Notes under the pieces: generated by a model | What the model was told of the DNA's origin: nothing | The model's database searches: none | Seen by the model: the letters and a program-made list of their open reading frames with translations, nothing else | DNA from: an uncultured Candidatus Saccharibacteria bacterium | GTDB taxonomy: Bacteria; Patescibacteriota; Doudnabacteria; UBA920 | Direction of reading: 5' to 3' | Length of the DNA: 45,372 bases | Assembly: GCA_964473815.1 (NCBI GenBank) | Contig: CAYYQK010000003.1 | Coordinates: 108,966 to 154,337, forward strand | Shown here: in pieces, positions 9,296 to 18,937 of the stretch | How the letters are laid out: every line of letters begins with the position of its first letter | Numbering within the stretch: the first letter of the stretch is position 1 | Program-made: the position numbers and the translations under genes

Positions 9296-11569
9296 TTAAC
9301 GTCTTGGGCGGTCACCGCTGCGACGATCATGACCTCCGCGACCACCAAATCCTCCGCGTGCACCACCGCCACCACCACGTGGGCGATCGAAACTTCGTCC
9401 ACCATTCCCAGCGGCTTCTGACTGTGCTAATTGTTCTGGAGTTGGATCACCAGCAAATGGTTTGTGAGTTAAGTTAATGCGGCCCTGATCATCAATTTCA
9501 ATAACCTGAACCTTCAAACTGTCGCCAACTTTTACAACATCTTCTGGTTTGTTCACACGATAATTTGCAAGTTGCGAAACGTGAACCATCCCGTCGCGAC
9601 CTGGCAAAATTTCTACGAATGCACCGAAATCCATAATGCGAACTACTTTACCGTCGTAAATTTCGCCTGGTTCCACTTCTTTAACAATGTCTTGAATCAT
9701 CTTCATGGCTTTTTCTGCAGCTTCGGCATCAGTTGAAGTGATCATGACCAAACCATCGTCTTCAATGTCGATTTTCACACCAGGGCATTCCGCAATAATA
9801 CCATTGATGATTTTACCGCCACTACCAATAACATCGCGAATTTTTTCCGGATCAATTTTCAAACTAGTAATACGTGGAGCGTACGGAGAAAGTTCAGGAC
9901 GAGGCGCACTTAGCGCTTCCTTCATTTTCGAAATGATGTGCATACGTGCTGGATGCGCTTGCTGCAAAGCTTGTTCCAAAATTTCCGCAGTTAAACCTTT
10001 AACTTTAATATCGAGCTGAAGTGCTGTAACCCCTTCTTCGTTACCAGTTACTTTAAAGTCCATGTGACCATTGAAGTCTTCAATACCAGCAATATCTGTT
10101 AACACTTTAAAGTTATTTGTGTTGGATTCATCCATAACCAAACCCATTGCAACACCACCAATAATTTCTTTGATTGGCACACCAGCGTCCATGAGTGAAA
10201 GAGTCGAACCGCAAGTGCTCGCCATAGAAGTTGAACCGTTACTAGACATAGTTTCGGAAACTAAGCGCATAGTGTATGGGAATTCTTCTTGTGGTGGAAG
10301 TGCAACTTCTACAGCGCGTTCTGCCAAAGCCCCATGACCAATTTCACGGCGACCTGGACCACGAATCGGCGCTACTTCACCGACAGAGAAACCGGCCATA
10401 TTATAGTGGTGTATGTAACGCTTGCCGCGGCCTTCTGCCGGGTCTTCCATGCCATCAAGCATTTGTTCATCACCTTTACTGCCCAAAGTTACTACTGTTA
10501 GGACTTGGGTTTCACCGCGGGTAAACAAAGCACTGCCATGCGCGCGCGGTAAAATGCCGACTTCTGCAGTAATCTGACGAGTCTCGTTCATGGCGCGGCC
10601 ATCAACGCGACGATCGTGTTCCAAAATTTGCTTCTGCTGATACTTCTTCAAAATTTTATCAACCGCATTGTGAACTTCTTTTTCAAAATTAATATCTTCA
10701 TTTTCGCCAATTGCAACGGCAACCGCTTGCACAGCTTCGGCTTCCAGAGCAGCAACGTTAGCATCTCGTTCTTCTTTGGTTTTCACGTAAATGGCAGAGT
10801 CGATTTTTTCAGGCGTCAACAAATTAGCCACGTGTTCAAGAACACGAGGTTCAATTTCTTTACGGACAATCTTGTCAGTTTTTTCCCGACCAGCATCTTT
10901 GCGGAAATCTTCCTGCATTTTTGCAAGAGCAGCAAGATGAGTTTGAGCAAATTTGATACCTTCAACAATTTCACTCTCCGGCACAAACTGCGCACCAGCT
11001 TCCACCATAATAATGTGTTCAGCGGTACCGCAAACAATTAAATCTAGCGCGGATTTTTCGCGCATATCATGAGTCGGATTAGCCACAAACTGACCATCAA
11101 CTTTGGCAACACGAACTCCTGCAACTGGACCATCGAAAGGAATATCGGAAATATGCAATGCAGCACTAGCAGCGTTTACAGCCAACATGTCGGGATCGTT
11201 TTCACCATCAACAGAAAGAACTGTAACCACAACTTGCACATCGTTGCGCATAGAATCTGGGAACATTGGACGCAATGAACGGTCGATAACACGACCAGTC
11301 AAAATTGCATCATCGGTTGCGCGACCTTCGCGCTTTACCCAACGAGAGCCTTTAATTTTTCCAGCAGCGTACAGACGTTCTTCGTAATCTACTAATAGAG
11401 GGAAGAAGTCGATGCCGTCGCGCGGCTGAGTTTTCATAACAGCAGTTGCTAACACAACCGTGTCGCCAAGACGCGCCACAACAGCGCCATTGGCTTGACG
11501 CGCCAATTTGCCAGTTTGTAATTTCCACTGGCTTCCCGCAATATCTGCGGAAATTTCTTTAATATCCAT
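9296..11569 (-). CDS. pnp: Polyribonucleotide nucleotidyltransferase (PNPase) with an RGG-rich tail
   Basis: FFPL.VDY.ER.YAAGKI, SNGSTSMAS.CG, KH and S1 domains. Confidence 0.97.
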   Translation of the reverse strand: MDIKEISADIAGSQWKLQTGKLARQANGAVVARLGDTVVLATAVMKTQPRDGIDFFPLLVDYEERLYAAGKIKGSRWVKREGRATDDAILTGRVIDRSLRPMFPDSMRNDVQVVVTVLSVDGENDPDMLAVNAASAALHISDIPFDGPVAGVRVAKVDGQFVANPTHDMREKSALDLIVCGTAEHIIMVEAGAQFVPESEIVEGIKFAQTHLAALAKMQEDFRKDAGREKTDKIVRKEIEPRVLEHVANLLTPEKIDSAIYVKTKEERDANVAALEAEAVQAVAVAIGENEDINFEKEVHNAVDKILKKYQQKQILEHDRRVDGRAMNETRQITAEVGILPRAHGSALFTRGETQVLTVVTLGSKGDEQMLDGMEDPAEGRGKRYIHHYNMAGFSVGEVAPIRGPGRREIGHGALAERAVEVALPPQEEFPYTMRLVSETMSSNGSTSMASTCGSTLSLMDAGVPIKEIIGGVAMGLVMDESNTNNFKVLTDIAGIEDFNGHMDFKVTGNEEGVTALQLDIKVKGLTAEILEQALQQAHPARMHIISKMKEALSAPRPELSPYAPRITSLKIDPEKIRDVIGSGGKIINGIIAECPGVKIDIEDDGLVMITSTDAEAAEKAMKMIQDIVKEVEPGEIYDGKVVRIMDFGAFVEILPGRDGMVHVSQLANYRVNKPEDVVKVGDSLKVQVIEIDDQGRINLTHKPFAGDPTPEQLAQSEAAGNGGRSFDRPRGGGGGARGGFGGRGGHDRRSGDRPRR

Positions 11570-11635
11570 TTACGGATCTTTCTCGCAACCCTCAGACAGG
11601 TTTCCAAACTCTAGGTTTTCATAGATCGAGGAAAT

Positions 11636-11720
11636 GTTTTGCCTAACGAACTCTCATGGCCACAGTTTGCCTAGCCGAAGGCTAGTAGCAAACGTAGGAC
11701 ATCTGAGTGAGGTGGCAAAC
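11636..11720 (-). promoter_or_regulatory. Structured pnp 5' leader (long imperfect hairpin)
   Basis: Core gtttgc-ctagcc-gaa-ggctag-ta-gcaaac (11665-11693) with further imperfect outer pairing, in the ~215-nt gap upstream of pnp. Confidence 0.45.
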
Positions 11721-11786
11721 AATTCCGAGATCTTATCAAAAACTAAACTCTGGGAACTTGTGTATGGGGCTTGCGTTAATTAATAA

Positions 11787-12182
11787 TTAAGATTTATTTA
11801 CATCAAAATCTTTAAGGAAAGCATCTGGATCAGGAGTTGATCCGAACAACAAATGATAAATATTCTCTTCAAACATATTCTGTGGTTTTGGCATTCCAGT
11901 ACCTTTGTTGTTGTGCCAATTCAACCACGCTTTTGCAAACGACTTATAGCTATCAGAATTTTCGTTGCCAAAGTGCTTGTAGATTACTTCGTACTTAATT
12001 TGATTCACTAAGTGAATAAACTGATCGCGGTCTTCAAAAGCCACGTGTCCTTGTGAGCGCACCTTTTGTTTGATCTTTTCGATTTCAGCGTTTGCCATCA
12101 GATGATTAACTACATCTTCAGCAACTTTTATCCACTGTTGTTCAAATTCTTTTGGGTCTTGGGAAGCGGTTTGGAATTCCAT
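11787..12182 (-). CDS. Hypothetical protein
   Basis: 131-aa ORF between rpsO and pnp, co-oriented. Confidence 0.75.
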   Translation of the reverse strand: MEFQTASQDPKEFEQQWIKVAEDVVNHLMANAEIEKIKQKVRSQGHVAFEDRDQFIHLVNQIKYEVIYKHFGNENSDSYKSFAKAWLNWHNNKGTGMPKPQNMFEENIYHLLFGSTPDPDAFLKDFDVNKS

Positions 12183-12237
12183 ATGTCAATAAAAACAATT
12201 TCAAGCTCTACCGAAATCGATAGAGCTTGATCAAAAA

Positions 12238-12513
12238 TTAATTAGAATCTTTCTTCAATTTCAATTTGTCGACAATCTTGTCGTAGCGTTTCGCATCTTC
12301 ACCTTTTAAGTAGCGAAGCAAACGGCGGCGGTTACCAACCATCTTTAGAAGACCACGACGAGAGTGATTATCTTTTTTATGAACTTGCAAGTGTTCACTA
12401 ACCTGCTCAATCTCTTTGGTTAAGACAGCAATTTGTACTTCGGGAGAACCAGTATCATCTTTATGAGTTTGATACTTCTTGATAACTGCGTCTTTTTCCT
12501 TTTTCGATAGCAT
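12238..12513 (-). CDS. rpsO: 30S ribosomal protein S15 (start moved to ATG 12513)
   Basis: [35 protein letters not shown]. Confidence 0.97.
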   Translation of the reverse strand: MLSKKEKDAVIKKYQTHKDDTGSPEVQIAVLTKEIEQVSEHLQVHKKDNHSRRGLLKMVGNRRRLLRYLKGEDAKRYDKIVDKLKLKKDSN

Positions 12514-12615
12514 ACTTCTGAATCCTTTCTGCACGACAGCGACAGTATACGGTTCACTGCGTGGTTAATTTATATAGATATTATAGCGAATCTGCGATAT
12601 TTTGGCAAGTTTATT

Positions 12616-13407
12616 CTAGGCCTTTTTTAGTAAGCGAATTCGCAAAAGACCCGGCATTTTGAGCAATTCTGAATGCTGTACGATGTAGTGCTTGCCATCG
12701 GGTTCGTTGGGATCTAATCTTTTGGTCATTTCGTCTGCATCCATCTCGGATTTTTTAAAAAGAAATTCCTCCCGGTTATACTGCGGCTGACCGCTTCTTA
12801 CCTGGCCATCACTCAGGTTAACCTTAATATAGTCATCGGGATTATTCTGGTAATCTTCGAACCATTCGCGGTTTTTTTCTGTTGCAAAGTCAAAGCCGTT
12901 CTTTTGGAGCCAAGCAATGACTTCTTCCTGGGAACAATCTGCAGTAATATTTTCAAATTTAATATAGCTTTTTTCTGCTAAAGCCTTCATGTACTCTTCG
13001 CATTGCTGCAAAAATTCTGAACCTGATATTCCCAAGTCGCCAGTTCGAACCAATCGATGAGACAGATCCCATTCATCAGATGCACCGTACTCAGTATCCT
13101 GCATAAAAATTACATTTGCCAGCTTTTCTTTGTTTCGGCCAGTGATCTGGAATTCTATTTGTCTTAAATCTGCAACGGCATTCAAGCCGATGGCAAAATC
13201 AAATCCATCCATACTGCGATGTAATAGTTCTGTGCGAGGTGGTAATGCATCTTGCTTACGCCCTTTAACCTTAGACCAACCTTCTTCGATCTCTTGATCG
13301 TCGAAAGGTCGTAATAATTCGGCTTTGATTTTTTCGTATTCTTCTGCAGTTGGCTCAGGATTGGGTTCTTTCCAGATGTGAAATGGCTGTTTTTGATATT
13401 CAGACAT
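12616..13407 (-). CDS. Hypothetical acidic protein
   Basis: 263-aa ORF with no recognised motif. Confidence 0.75.
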   Translation of the reverse strand: MSEYQKQPFHIWKEPNPEPTAEEYEKIKAELLRPFDDQEIEEGWSKVKGRKQDALPPRTELLHRSMDGFDFAIGLNAVADLRQIEFQITGRNKEKLANVIFMQDTEYGASDEWDLSHRLVRTGDLGISGSEFLQQCEEYMKALAEKSYIKFENITADCSQEEVIAWLQKNGFDFATEKNREWFEDYQNNPDDYIKVNLSDGQVRSGQPQYNREEFLFKKSEMDADEMTKRLDPNEPDGKHYIVQHSELLKMPGLLRIRLLKKA

Positions 13408-13516
13408 GCTTAAATTTTAGCAAATTTCCCTAATTTTTCCATCGTGTCGCATAATCGAATAATTTACGACGCGTAATTTTAGGTGTATACTTAGGTTGTT
13501 GAATAACTGACGAAAA

Positions 13517-14500
13517 ATGGCTGAAACTAAAACCAAAAAAACTCCTATTGAAAAGTTGGCTCAAGATTTTCTAGAATATTGTGAAATCGAGAAGAACAAA
13601 AGCATGTTAACGGTGCGCAATTATGCCCACTATCTCGCCCGCTTTTGTGACTTTGCCAAAACTCATGGAATTAGTCGGCCCGAGGACATTACTTTAGACA
13701 CTGTTCGCTCCTATCGCCTGTTTCTGAACCGGTTAAGTGATGAACATGGTCGCAATTTAAAATTGGTTACACAAAATTATCATGTCATTGCTTTGCGGGC
13801 GTTTTTAAAATATTTAGCCAAGCGTGACATTGATACTTTGTCTGCCGAAAAAATAGAATTGGCCAAGAATCCGGCTCGTGAGGTCGAAATTATGACCAAC
13901 GATGAAGTGCAGCGCATAAAGGATGCTGTGAAGAGCGAAGAAAACGACCTCGCCCGCATGCGCGATGCTGCAATTTTGGAATTGTTGTTTTCGAGTGGAG
14001 TGCGTATTTCTGAATTAGTGCAGCTGCAGCAAAAACAACTCAACTTTGAGCGAGGAGAATTTACTGTGCGTGGTAAAGGTGACAAACTTCGGTTAGTGTT
14101 TATGTCGGATGAAGCTGCAAAACTACTGAAAGAATATTTAAAAAAACGTGATGACAACAGCCCTGCCTTGTTTGTGAGTCACAGCCAAGTTGGCAATACG
14201 GTTACCAAACAAATGGAAGCTATGTCAGCGAAGTCTGATCAACATCATGCCGCAGGCTTAACAGCGCGCAGCGTGCAACGTCTGGTAAAAAAATATGCTG
14301 GATTGGCTGGCATTATGCACAAAGTGACACCGCACACCTTCCGACACTCTTTTGCCACAGACTTGCTGCAAAATGGTGCAGACATTCGCAGTGTGCAAAC
14401 TTTGCTTGGTCACGCCTCTATTACCACCACTCAAATTTACACCCACGTCACAAACGCACAATTGCGCGACGTGCATCGCAAATTTCATAATAAAAAATGA
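13517..14500 (+). CDS. XerC/XerD-like tyrosine recombinase
   Basis: RD.AILELLFSSG.RISEL, GKG.K.R, TPHTFRHSFAT.LL..GAD.RSVQ.LLGHASITTTQIYTH. Confidence 0.93.
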   Translation: MAETKTKKTPIEKLAQDFLEYCEIEKNKSMLTVRNYAHYLARFCDFAKTHGISRPEDITLDTVRSYRLFLNRLSDEHGRNLKLVTQNYHVIALRAFLKYLAKRDIDTLSAEKIELAKNPAREVEIMTNDEVQRIKDAVKSEENDLARMRDAAILELLFSSGVRISELVQLQQKQLNFERGEFTVRGKGDKLRLVFMSDEAAKLLKEYLKKRDDNSPALFVSHSQVGNTVTKQMEAMSAKSDQHHAAGLTARSVQRLVKKYAGLAGIMHKVTPHTFRHSFATDLLQNGADIRSVQTLLGHASITTTQIYTHVTNAQLRDVHRKFHNKK

Positions 14501-14549
14501 GCGATCTCTTCGGTTGAAGGAAATAGGTCAGTACATTATAATATCCTTT

Positions 14550-15551
14550 ATGACTTACGGCTTTTGGAAAAAATTACTAAAACCTTTTTTTGCACTCGCT
14601 CCAATGCATGATGTTACTGATGCAGCTTTTCGACGCATCATTGCAAAGTATGGAAAACCTGATGTGTTTTACACAGAATTCGCTTCCACTGATGGTTTAA
14701 GTAACGAAGTTGGACGGCCAAAGTTAATGCACTATTTAAAGTTCTCAAAAGAAGAACATCCAATAGTAGCGCAAATTTTTGGCTCAAAATCAGAAAAGTT
14801 TAAAGAAACAACTAAACTTGTTGCGTCTTTGGGCTTTGATGGCGTAGATATAAATATGGGTTGCCCAGAAAAAAATGCCGTGAAGAGTGGTTCCTGCGCG
14901 GGTCTTTTCCATACCCCAGAACTTGCTAAAGAAATTATTTTAGCCTGCAAAGAAGGGGCGCGTGAATACGCCACTGAAAACAAAACAGAAGAAATTCCTG
15001 TGTCTATTAAAATTCGCATTGGTGATACTAAAGTTGATTGGCAAAACTGGATAACCAAACTTTTGGAAGGGCAACCTGCTGCCATTGCTATTCACCTGCG
15101 CACTCGCAAAGAGATGTCTAAAGTCCCAGCTCACTGGGAAGTAATGCCAGAAATTGTAAAATTCATTCACGAGCACACAACCGAAGCCACTCGCCCGCTG
15201 ATTATTGGTAACGGTGATGTTTATACAATTGATGAAGCGCGCCAAAAAATTACTGATACAAATGCGGACGGCGTCATGCTGGGCCGAGGAATTTTTGGCA
15301 ATCCATGGTTGTTTGCAAAAGGTGCTGCTCCTACCTTAGAACAACGTTTGCATGTATTAATAGAGCACACCAAACTTTACGAAGAATTATTCTCTGGTAT
15401 AAAGCACTGGGATATTATGAAGCGTCATTTCAAAGCCTATGTTTCTGATTTCGAAGGGGCTGCTGACTTGCGTGCAAAATTATACGAAACAAAAAACTCC
15501 CACGACGTGCAAGCAGTCGTAAGAGCTTTTTTGGATCAACCCTCGGATTAA
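14550..15551 (+). CDS. tRNA-dihydrouridine synthase (Dus family); start moved to ATG 14550
   Basis: LAPM..VTD..FR, YTEF, VDINMGCP, IGNGDV, DGVMLGRG..GNPWLF. Confidence 0.92.
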   Translation: MTYGFWKKLLKPFFALAPMHDVTDAAFRRIIAKYGKPDVFYTEFASTDGLSNEVGRPKLMHYLKFSKEEHPIVAQIFGSKSEKFKETTKLVASLGFDGVDINMGCPEKNAVKSGSCAGLFHTPELAKEIILACKEGAREYATENKTEEIPVSIKIRIGDTKVDWQNWITKLLEGQPAAIAIHLRTRKEMSKVPAHWEVMPEIVKFIHEHTTEATRPLIIGNGDVYTIDEARQKITDTNADGVMLGRGIFGNPWLFAKGAAPTLEQRLHVLIEHTKLYEELFSGIKHWDIMKRHFKAYVSDFEGAADLRAKLYETKNSHDVQAVVRAFLDQPSD

Positions 15552-15721
15552 CTATTGTTGCCGTCCTCACCGCGGACTGCATCTTCTACATCATCTTTAG
15601 TCTGTTCGGCATCGCGTTTAATTGCATGCCCGGCTTCTTCAGCGCCATGAGCTACCCCACCAGCGATTCCTTCGGCAGTATCCGAGACATCTTGAGTATT
15701 ATCATCATCTTCAAAGAACAT
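15548..15721 (-). CDS. 57-aa acidic small protein (below the ORF-track cutoff)
   Basis: MFFEDDDNTQDVSDTAEGIAGGVAHGAEEAGHAIKRDAEQTKDDVEDAVRGEDGNNS*, preceded by a strong SD (gaaaggag). Confidence 0.7.
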   Translation of the reverse strand: MFFEDDDNTQDVSDTAEGIAGGVAHGAEEAGHAIKRDAEQTKDDVEDAVRGEDGNNS

Positions 15722-15780
15722 AAAAACTCCTTTCTTAATTATCGCAAGGAGTATAAATATTTTTTATGAAAATTTCTTGA

Positions 15781-16794
15781 TTACAATGCCGGCGATTCTT
15801 CCCGCTTAGGTCCGCGACGTTTTTCGAGAGCCAATAAATATTGCAAAGCGAATAATACTACTAAATTTATGCCCAAAGCGATAATTGGACCAAAGGTTGC
15901 TACGTACAAAGCAAAAGGCTGCATCAGTAATACTGAAATTAAATTTCCTCTGTAAAACTTTCTGTAACCCTCTATGCGGCTCGTTCCAAGATCAAAAATT
16001 CCCCACAAAATATTTGTTGCGGCAATTACTGCAAACCCTGCGCCGAGTACCACAATAATTTGCTCAGCAACGTTCGGATTGCGCATTTCTAAAAATCTTT
16101 GGAAAGAAAAAGTTAGCAAGCCACTTTGCACCAACCAAAGACCGATTACAGAAGGCACAAAGTATTTTGATTCAGCAAAGTGGAAATACATCTCTTTGCA
16201 TCGCTGTTTAAATTTAAACCAACGCGTTTCTGGTGTGACGGTGGCCTGGGCAATGATCATCCGTAACTGTTCAAATAATTTTTCATGGCCACTTGGCGCC
16301 TCTATTAACTGCAGCAGCTGGCGGCGTTCTTCCGCATCAACTTGTTTTAACACTGCTTCCTGAGACAAATCTAAAACATTCACCAGCCGTTCGGTGTCGT
16401 TTAACTGCATGGACTTTTCGAGTTGGCGGATTGTGAAGTATAAACCAACAAAAATTAAATACATCAACATGAATGTTGGCTGGAAAAAATAATCGTTATT
16501 GCGGGTAATGAATTTTCCTAGTTCATCAATAAAAAATCCAAAGCCTACGCCACCTAAAATTGCACTAAAATGTTGGATCCGATGACCTAAAAATGCGAGC
16601 AGTAAAATAATGGCGGCAATCATAAAAAAGCCGCCCCATAGCATATGGGCAATATGTAACCGTTCACCGCCAATAATTGGCCAGCCAGTTAAAAATAAAA
16701 ACGCACGGATCACCAGGACAGTGGCCACTGCCGAGACAAACAAATTATCCAGCATGTGCCTGATCGAAACGTTGCGGGTTAAAGTCTTGAACAT
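15781..16794 (-). CDS. Multi-pass membrane protein, hypothetical
   Basis: Several hydrophobic segments; LHIAHMLWGG and G.GFG.FIDELGKF motifs. Confidence 0.8.
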   Translation of the reverse strand: MFKTLTRNVSIRHMLDNLFVSAVATVLVIRAFLFLTGWPIIGGERLHIAHMLWGGFFMIAAIILLLAFLGHRIQHFSAILGGVGFGFFIDELGKFITRNNDYFFQPTFMLMYLIFVGLYFTIRQLEKSMQLNDTERLVNVLDLSQEAVLKQVDAEERRQLLQLIEAPSGHEKLFEQLRMIIAQATVTPETRWFKFKQRCKEMYFHFAESKYFVPSVIGLWLVQSGLLTFSFQRFLEMRNPNVAEQIIVVLGAGFAVIAATNILWGIFDLGTSRIEGYRKFYRGNLISVLLMQPFALYVATFGPIIALGINLVVLFALQYLLALEKRRGPKREESPAL

Positions 16795-16847
16795 TATTTT
16801 TGTTTCAGGTTTTGAGAATTGCTCTTTTATCTAATTATATCATGCAC

Positions 16848-16876
16848 TTGATTAAATCCCCTTTTTTCTATATAAT
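16848..16876 (+). promoter_or_regulatory. Sigma70-type promoter for tRNA-Arg(GCG)
   Basis: TTGATT-N17-TATAAT. Confidence 0.6.
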
Positions 16877-16893
16877 TGGTTGGTATTAAATAT

Positions 16894-16970
16894 GCACCCG
16901 TAGCTCAGCTGGATAGAGCGTTCGCTTGCGGAGCGAGAGGTCATAGGTTCGAATCCTGTCGGGTGCACCA
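16894..16970 (+). tRNA. tRNA-Arg, anticodon GCG
   Basis: Cloverleaf: acceptor gcacccg/cgggtgc, anticodon loop TT-GCG-GA, T loop TTCGAAT, encoded CCA. Confidence 0.93.
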
Positions 16971-17000
16971 GAAAAATATCGAAATTTTTTTACAAAATTA

Positions 17001-17031
17001 AAAAGCCGCGGCGTAGAAGCTGCGGCTTTTT
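17001..17031. terminator. Bidirectional terminator-like hairpin
   Basis: aaaagccgcggc...gctgcggctttt between the tRNA and a convergent ORF. Confidence 0.65.
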
Positions 17032-17085
17032 GCGAGGAAATTATTACTGCGGATAATAGCTATGCGGATAACTGCGTGTAATTGC

Positions 17086-17355
17086 TTAGAGAGTGGTGGG
17101 TTTCTTGTTCATAACGAATGCTGCACCCAGCGGCAACAACCCCATTATGAGAAAGTAAAGAGTGATCCAAAAACACTGATCAGCGGTATAATCAAGTTCC
17201 CTAAAACAACACAGCAGGTAAAAGATTAGATCGCCAATGAGTATTGAAGCACCCATGAAAAACAAAATCCAGTACAAAACTCTTTTATCTGAAAAAAGGT
17301 TTCGTCTTGACATAGCGAGTGTCCTCCGGATCCAATGCTTGCGCAAAGTCAACAA
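17086..17355 (-). CDS. Small two-TM membrane protein, hypothetical
   Basis: Two hydrophobic segments; true start probably later (MSRRN). Confidence 0.55.
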   Translation of the reverse strand: MLTLRKHWIRRTLAMSRRNLFSDKRVLYWILFFMGASILIGDLIFYLLCCFRELDYTADQCFWITLYFLIMGLLPLGAAFVMNKKPTTL

Positions 17356-17403
17356 ATGTTAAACAACTACATTTGAACAAAATTATACTATACGAACTCA
17401 CAT

Positions 17404-17432
17404 TTGTCAATAGTCTAAAAACCCACTATAAT
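17404..17432 (+). promoter_or_regulatory. Sigma70-type promoter for tRNA-Arg(TCT)
   Basis: TTGTCA-N17-TATAAT. Confidence 0.65.
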
Positions 17433-17441
17433 TACTCATAT

Positions 17442-17517
17442 GACTCCGTAGCTCAGTTGGAAGAGCAGGGGACTTCTAAGCCCAAGGTCGCAGGTTCGAT
17501 CCCTGCCGGAGTCGCCA
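17442..17517 (+). tRNA. tRNA-Arg, anticodon TCT
   Basis: Acceptor gactccg/cggagtc, loop CT-TCT-AA, T arm gcagg-TTCGATC-cctgc, CCA; anticodon stem has two mismatches. Confidence 0.85.
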
Positions 17518-17543
17518 GCTAAAATAAAACTCAAGAAAATAAA

Positions 17544-18896
17544 ATGCCTAAATACCCTTTCATAATGTTCCGGTCAAGATTGTTTTTTTCAATTTTGATC
17601 GCAGTAATTGTTCTTGCCGGAACAGTGCTTACTTATTATGTTTATCGGTTTGTTAATCAATCAGATCTTGACTCGATTTCCCGCGGCGCGCAAACAGTTG
17701 CTTCTTCGATAGACATTTCCGAAATCACTGCCCTCAAAGCGTCTAATGATGATTTGGAAAATCCAGCATATCAATCTTTGAAAGGCAAATTGATGAAAAT
17801 TCGTTCAGTGGATGCCGATGTAAGATTTGTCTATCTAACAGGACGGAACCAAAAAGGTGATTTTTTCTTTTACGCGGACTCGGAAGATCCAAGCTCCGAA
17901 GACTACTCCCCTCCTGGCCAAATATATAGTGAGGCTGATCAATCTTTTATTGATGCATTTAATACCAAAGAACCAAATATAACTGGTCCGAGTTCAGATC
18001 GCTGGGGTACCTGGTATACAGCACTTGCTCCGATTATTAATCCTGAGACTCATAAGGTTATTGCTGTAGTTGGTGAAGACATCGAAGCATCAACGCATCG
18101 CAAATATGTTGTGACCAACACAATGATTCCCGCGTTAATAACTTTGTTGTTATTAGCTTTTGCAATTATCGGCCAACGCATCAGTAAGCACGAGCAACAG
18201 ATGGTGGAATTGAAATCTGAATTTGTGTCTATCGCATCCCATGAATTGCGCTCCCCTCTTAATGGTATTACTTGGGCACTCGATACAATAAGCAAAGCAC
18301 CGAATCTGACTGCCCCACAAACCGATATGCTTACAGAGATTAAGACCACAGCCGGCAACTTGATGGGCAACATTAACGACATTCTTAATGCTTCGGCTAT
18401 TACAGGACAAAAATCCACGCGATTAATTTTGGACCATGTTGATATCGCTGAATTGGTAAAATCTGTAGCTGACCAACAAATTTTAACCGCTAAAGAAAAA
18501 GGAATTAAAATCAGTTTAGAAAATATTCCTGCTGGTAGTCATATTATTAAAGCAGACCGAGAAAAACTGAAACGCGTATTTAACAATATTTTATCTAACT
18601 CGATTAAATATTCGCATCCTGATTCCAGTATTGAAATTTCGTTTGAACAAACTAAAGACTTTTACGTTTTGCATTTCACCGACCATGGCATAGGTATTCC
18701 TGCTGCGGATCAGAAAAAGGTATTCGATGGTTACTTCCGGTCTGAAAACGCAGTTAATTCCGGAGCTAGTGGTACTGGCTTGGGACTCTATTTTGCTCAA
18801 AAAATTGTGGAATTACATGGTGGTAAAATGTGGTTAAAGTCTGAAGAAAACAAAGGTACTGTTGTATTTGTTCAACTTCCAATTTCTAAAGCCTAG
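17544..18896 (+). CDS. Membrane sensor histidine kinase
   Basis: Two TMs flanking a sensor domain; H box FVSIASHELRSPL, N box NILSNSIKYS, D.GIGI, G.GLGL. Confidence 0.93.
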   Translation: MPKYPFIMFRSRLFFSILIAVIVLAGTVLTYYVYRFVNQSDLDSISRGAQTVASSIDISEITALKASNDDLENPAYQSLKGKLMKIRSVDADVRFVYLTGRNQKGDFFFYADSEDPSSEDYSPPGQIYSEADQSFIDAFNTKEPNITGPSSDRWGTWYTALAPIINPETHKVIAVVGEDIEASTHRKYVVTNTMIPALITLLLLAFAIIGQRISKHEQQMVELKSEFVSIASHELRSPLNGITWALDTISKAPNLTAPQTDMLTEIKTTAGNLMGNINDILNASAITGQKSTRLILDHVDIAELVKSVADQQILTAKEKGIKISLENIPAGSHIIKADREKLKRVFNNILSNSIKYSHPDSSIEISFEQTKDFYVLHFTDHGIGIPAADQKKVFDGYFRSENAVNSGASGTGLGLYFAQKIVELHGGKMWLKSEENKGTVVFVQLPISKA

Positions 18897-18937
18897 AAAT
18901 TAAGAAAAATTTAAAATTCATTTTAACCTGATACTTT

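Noticed and set aside
12514-12590. Possible S15 autoregulatory leader upstream of rpsO
   Set aside because: Some pairing is possible by eye, but no recognisable match to a known leader family can be established without covariance models.
13444-13471. dif-like site gtgtcgcataa-tcgaat-aatttacgacg upstream of the xer gene
   Set aside because: Only the left arm resembles the E. coli XerC arm; the right arm lacks the TTA inner motif, and flanking genes diverge here rather than converge as expected at a terminus. It may be an operator but is unsupported.
14352-14549. N-terminal extension of Dus in the ORF track (similarly nfo 4433-4486, rpsO 12514-12534, target 1 37261-37302)
   Set aside because: These overlap upstream genes or precede better start codons; family motifs begin after the revised starts.
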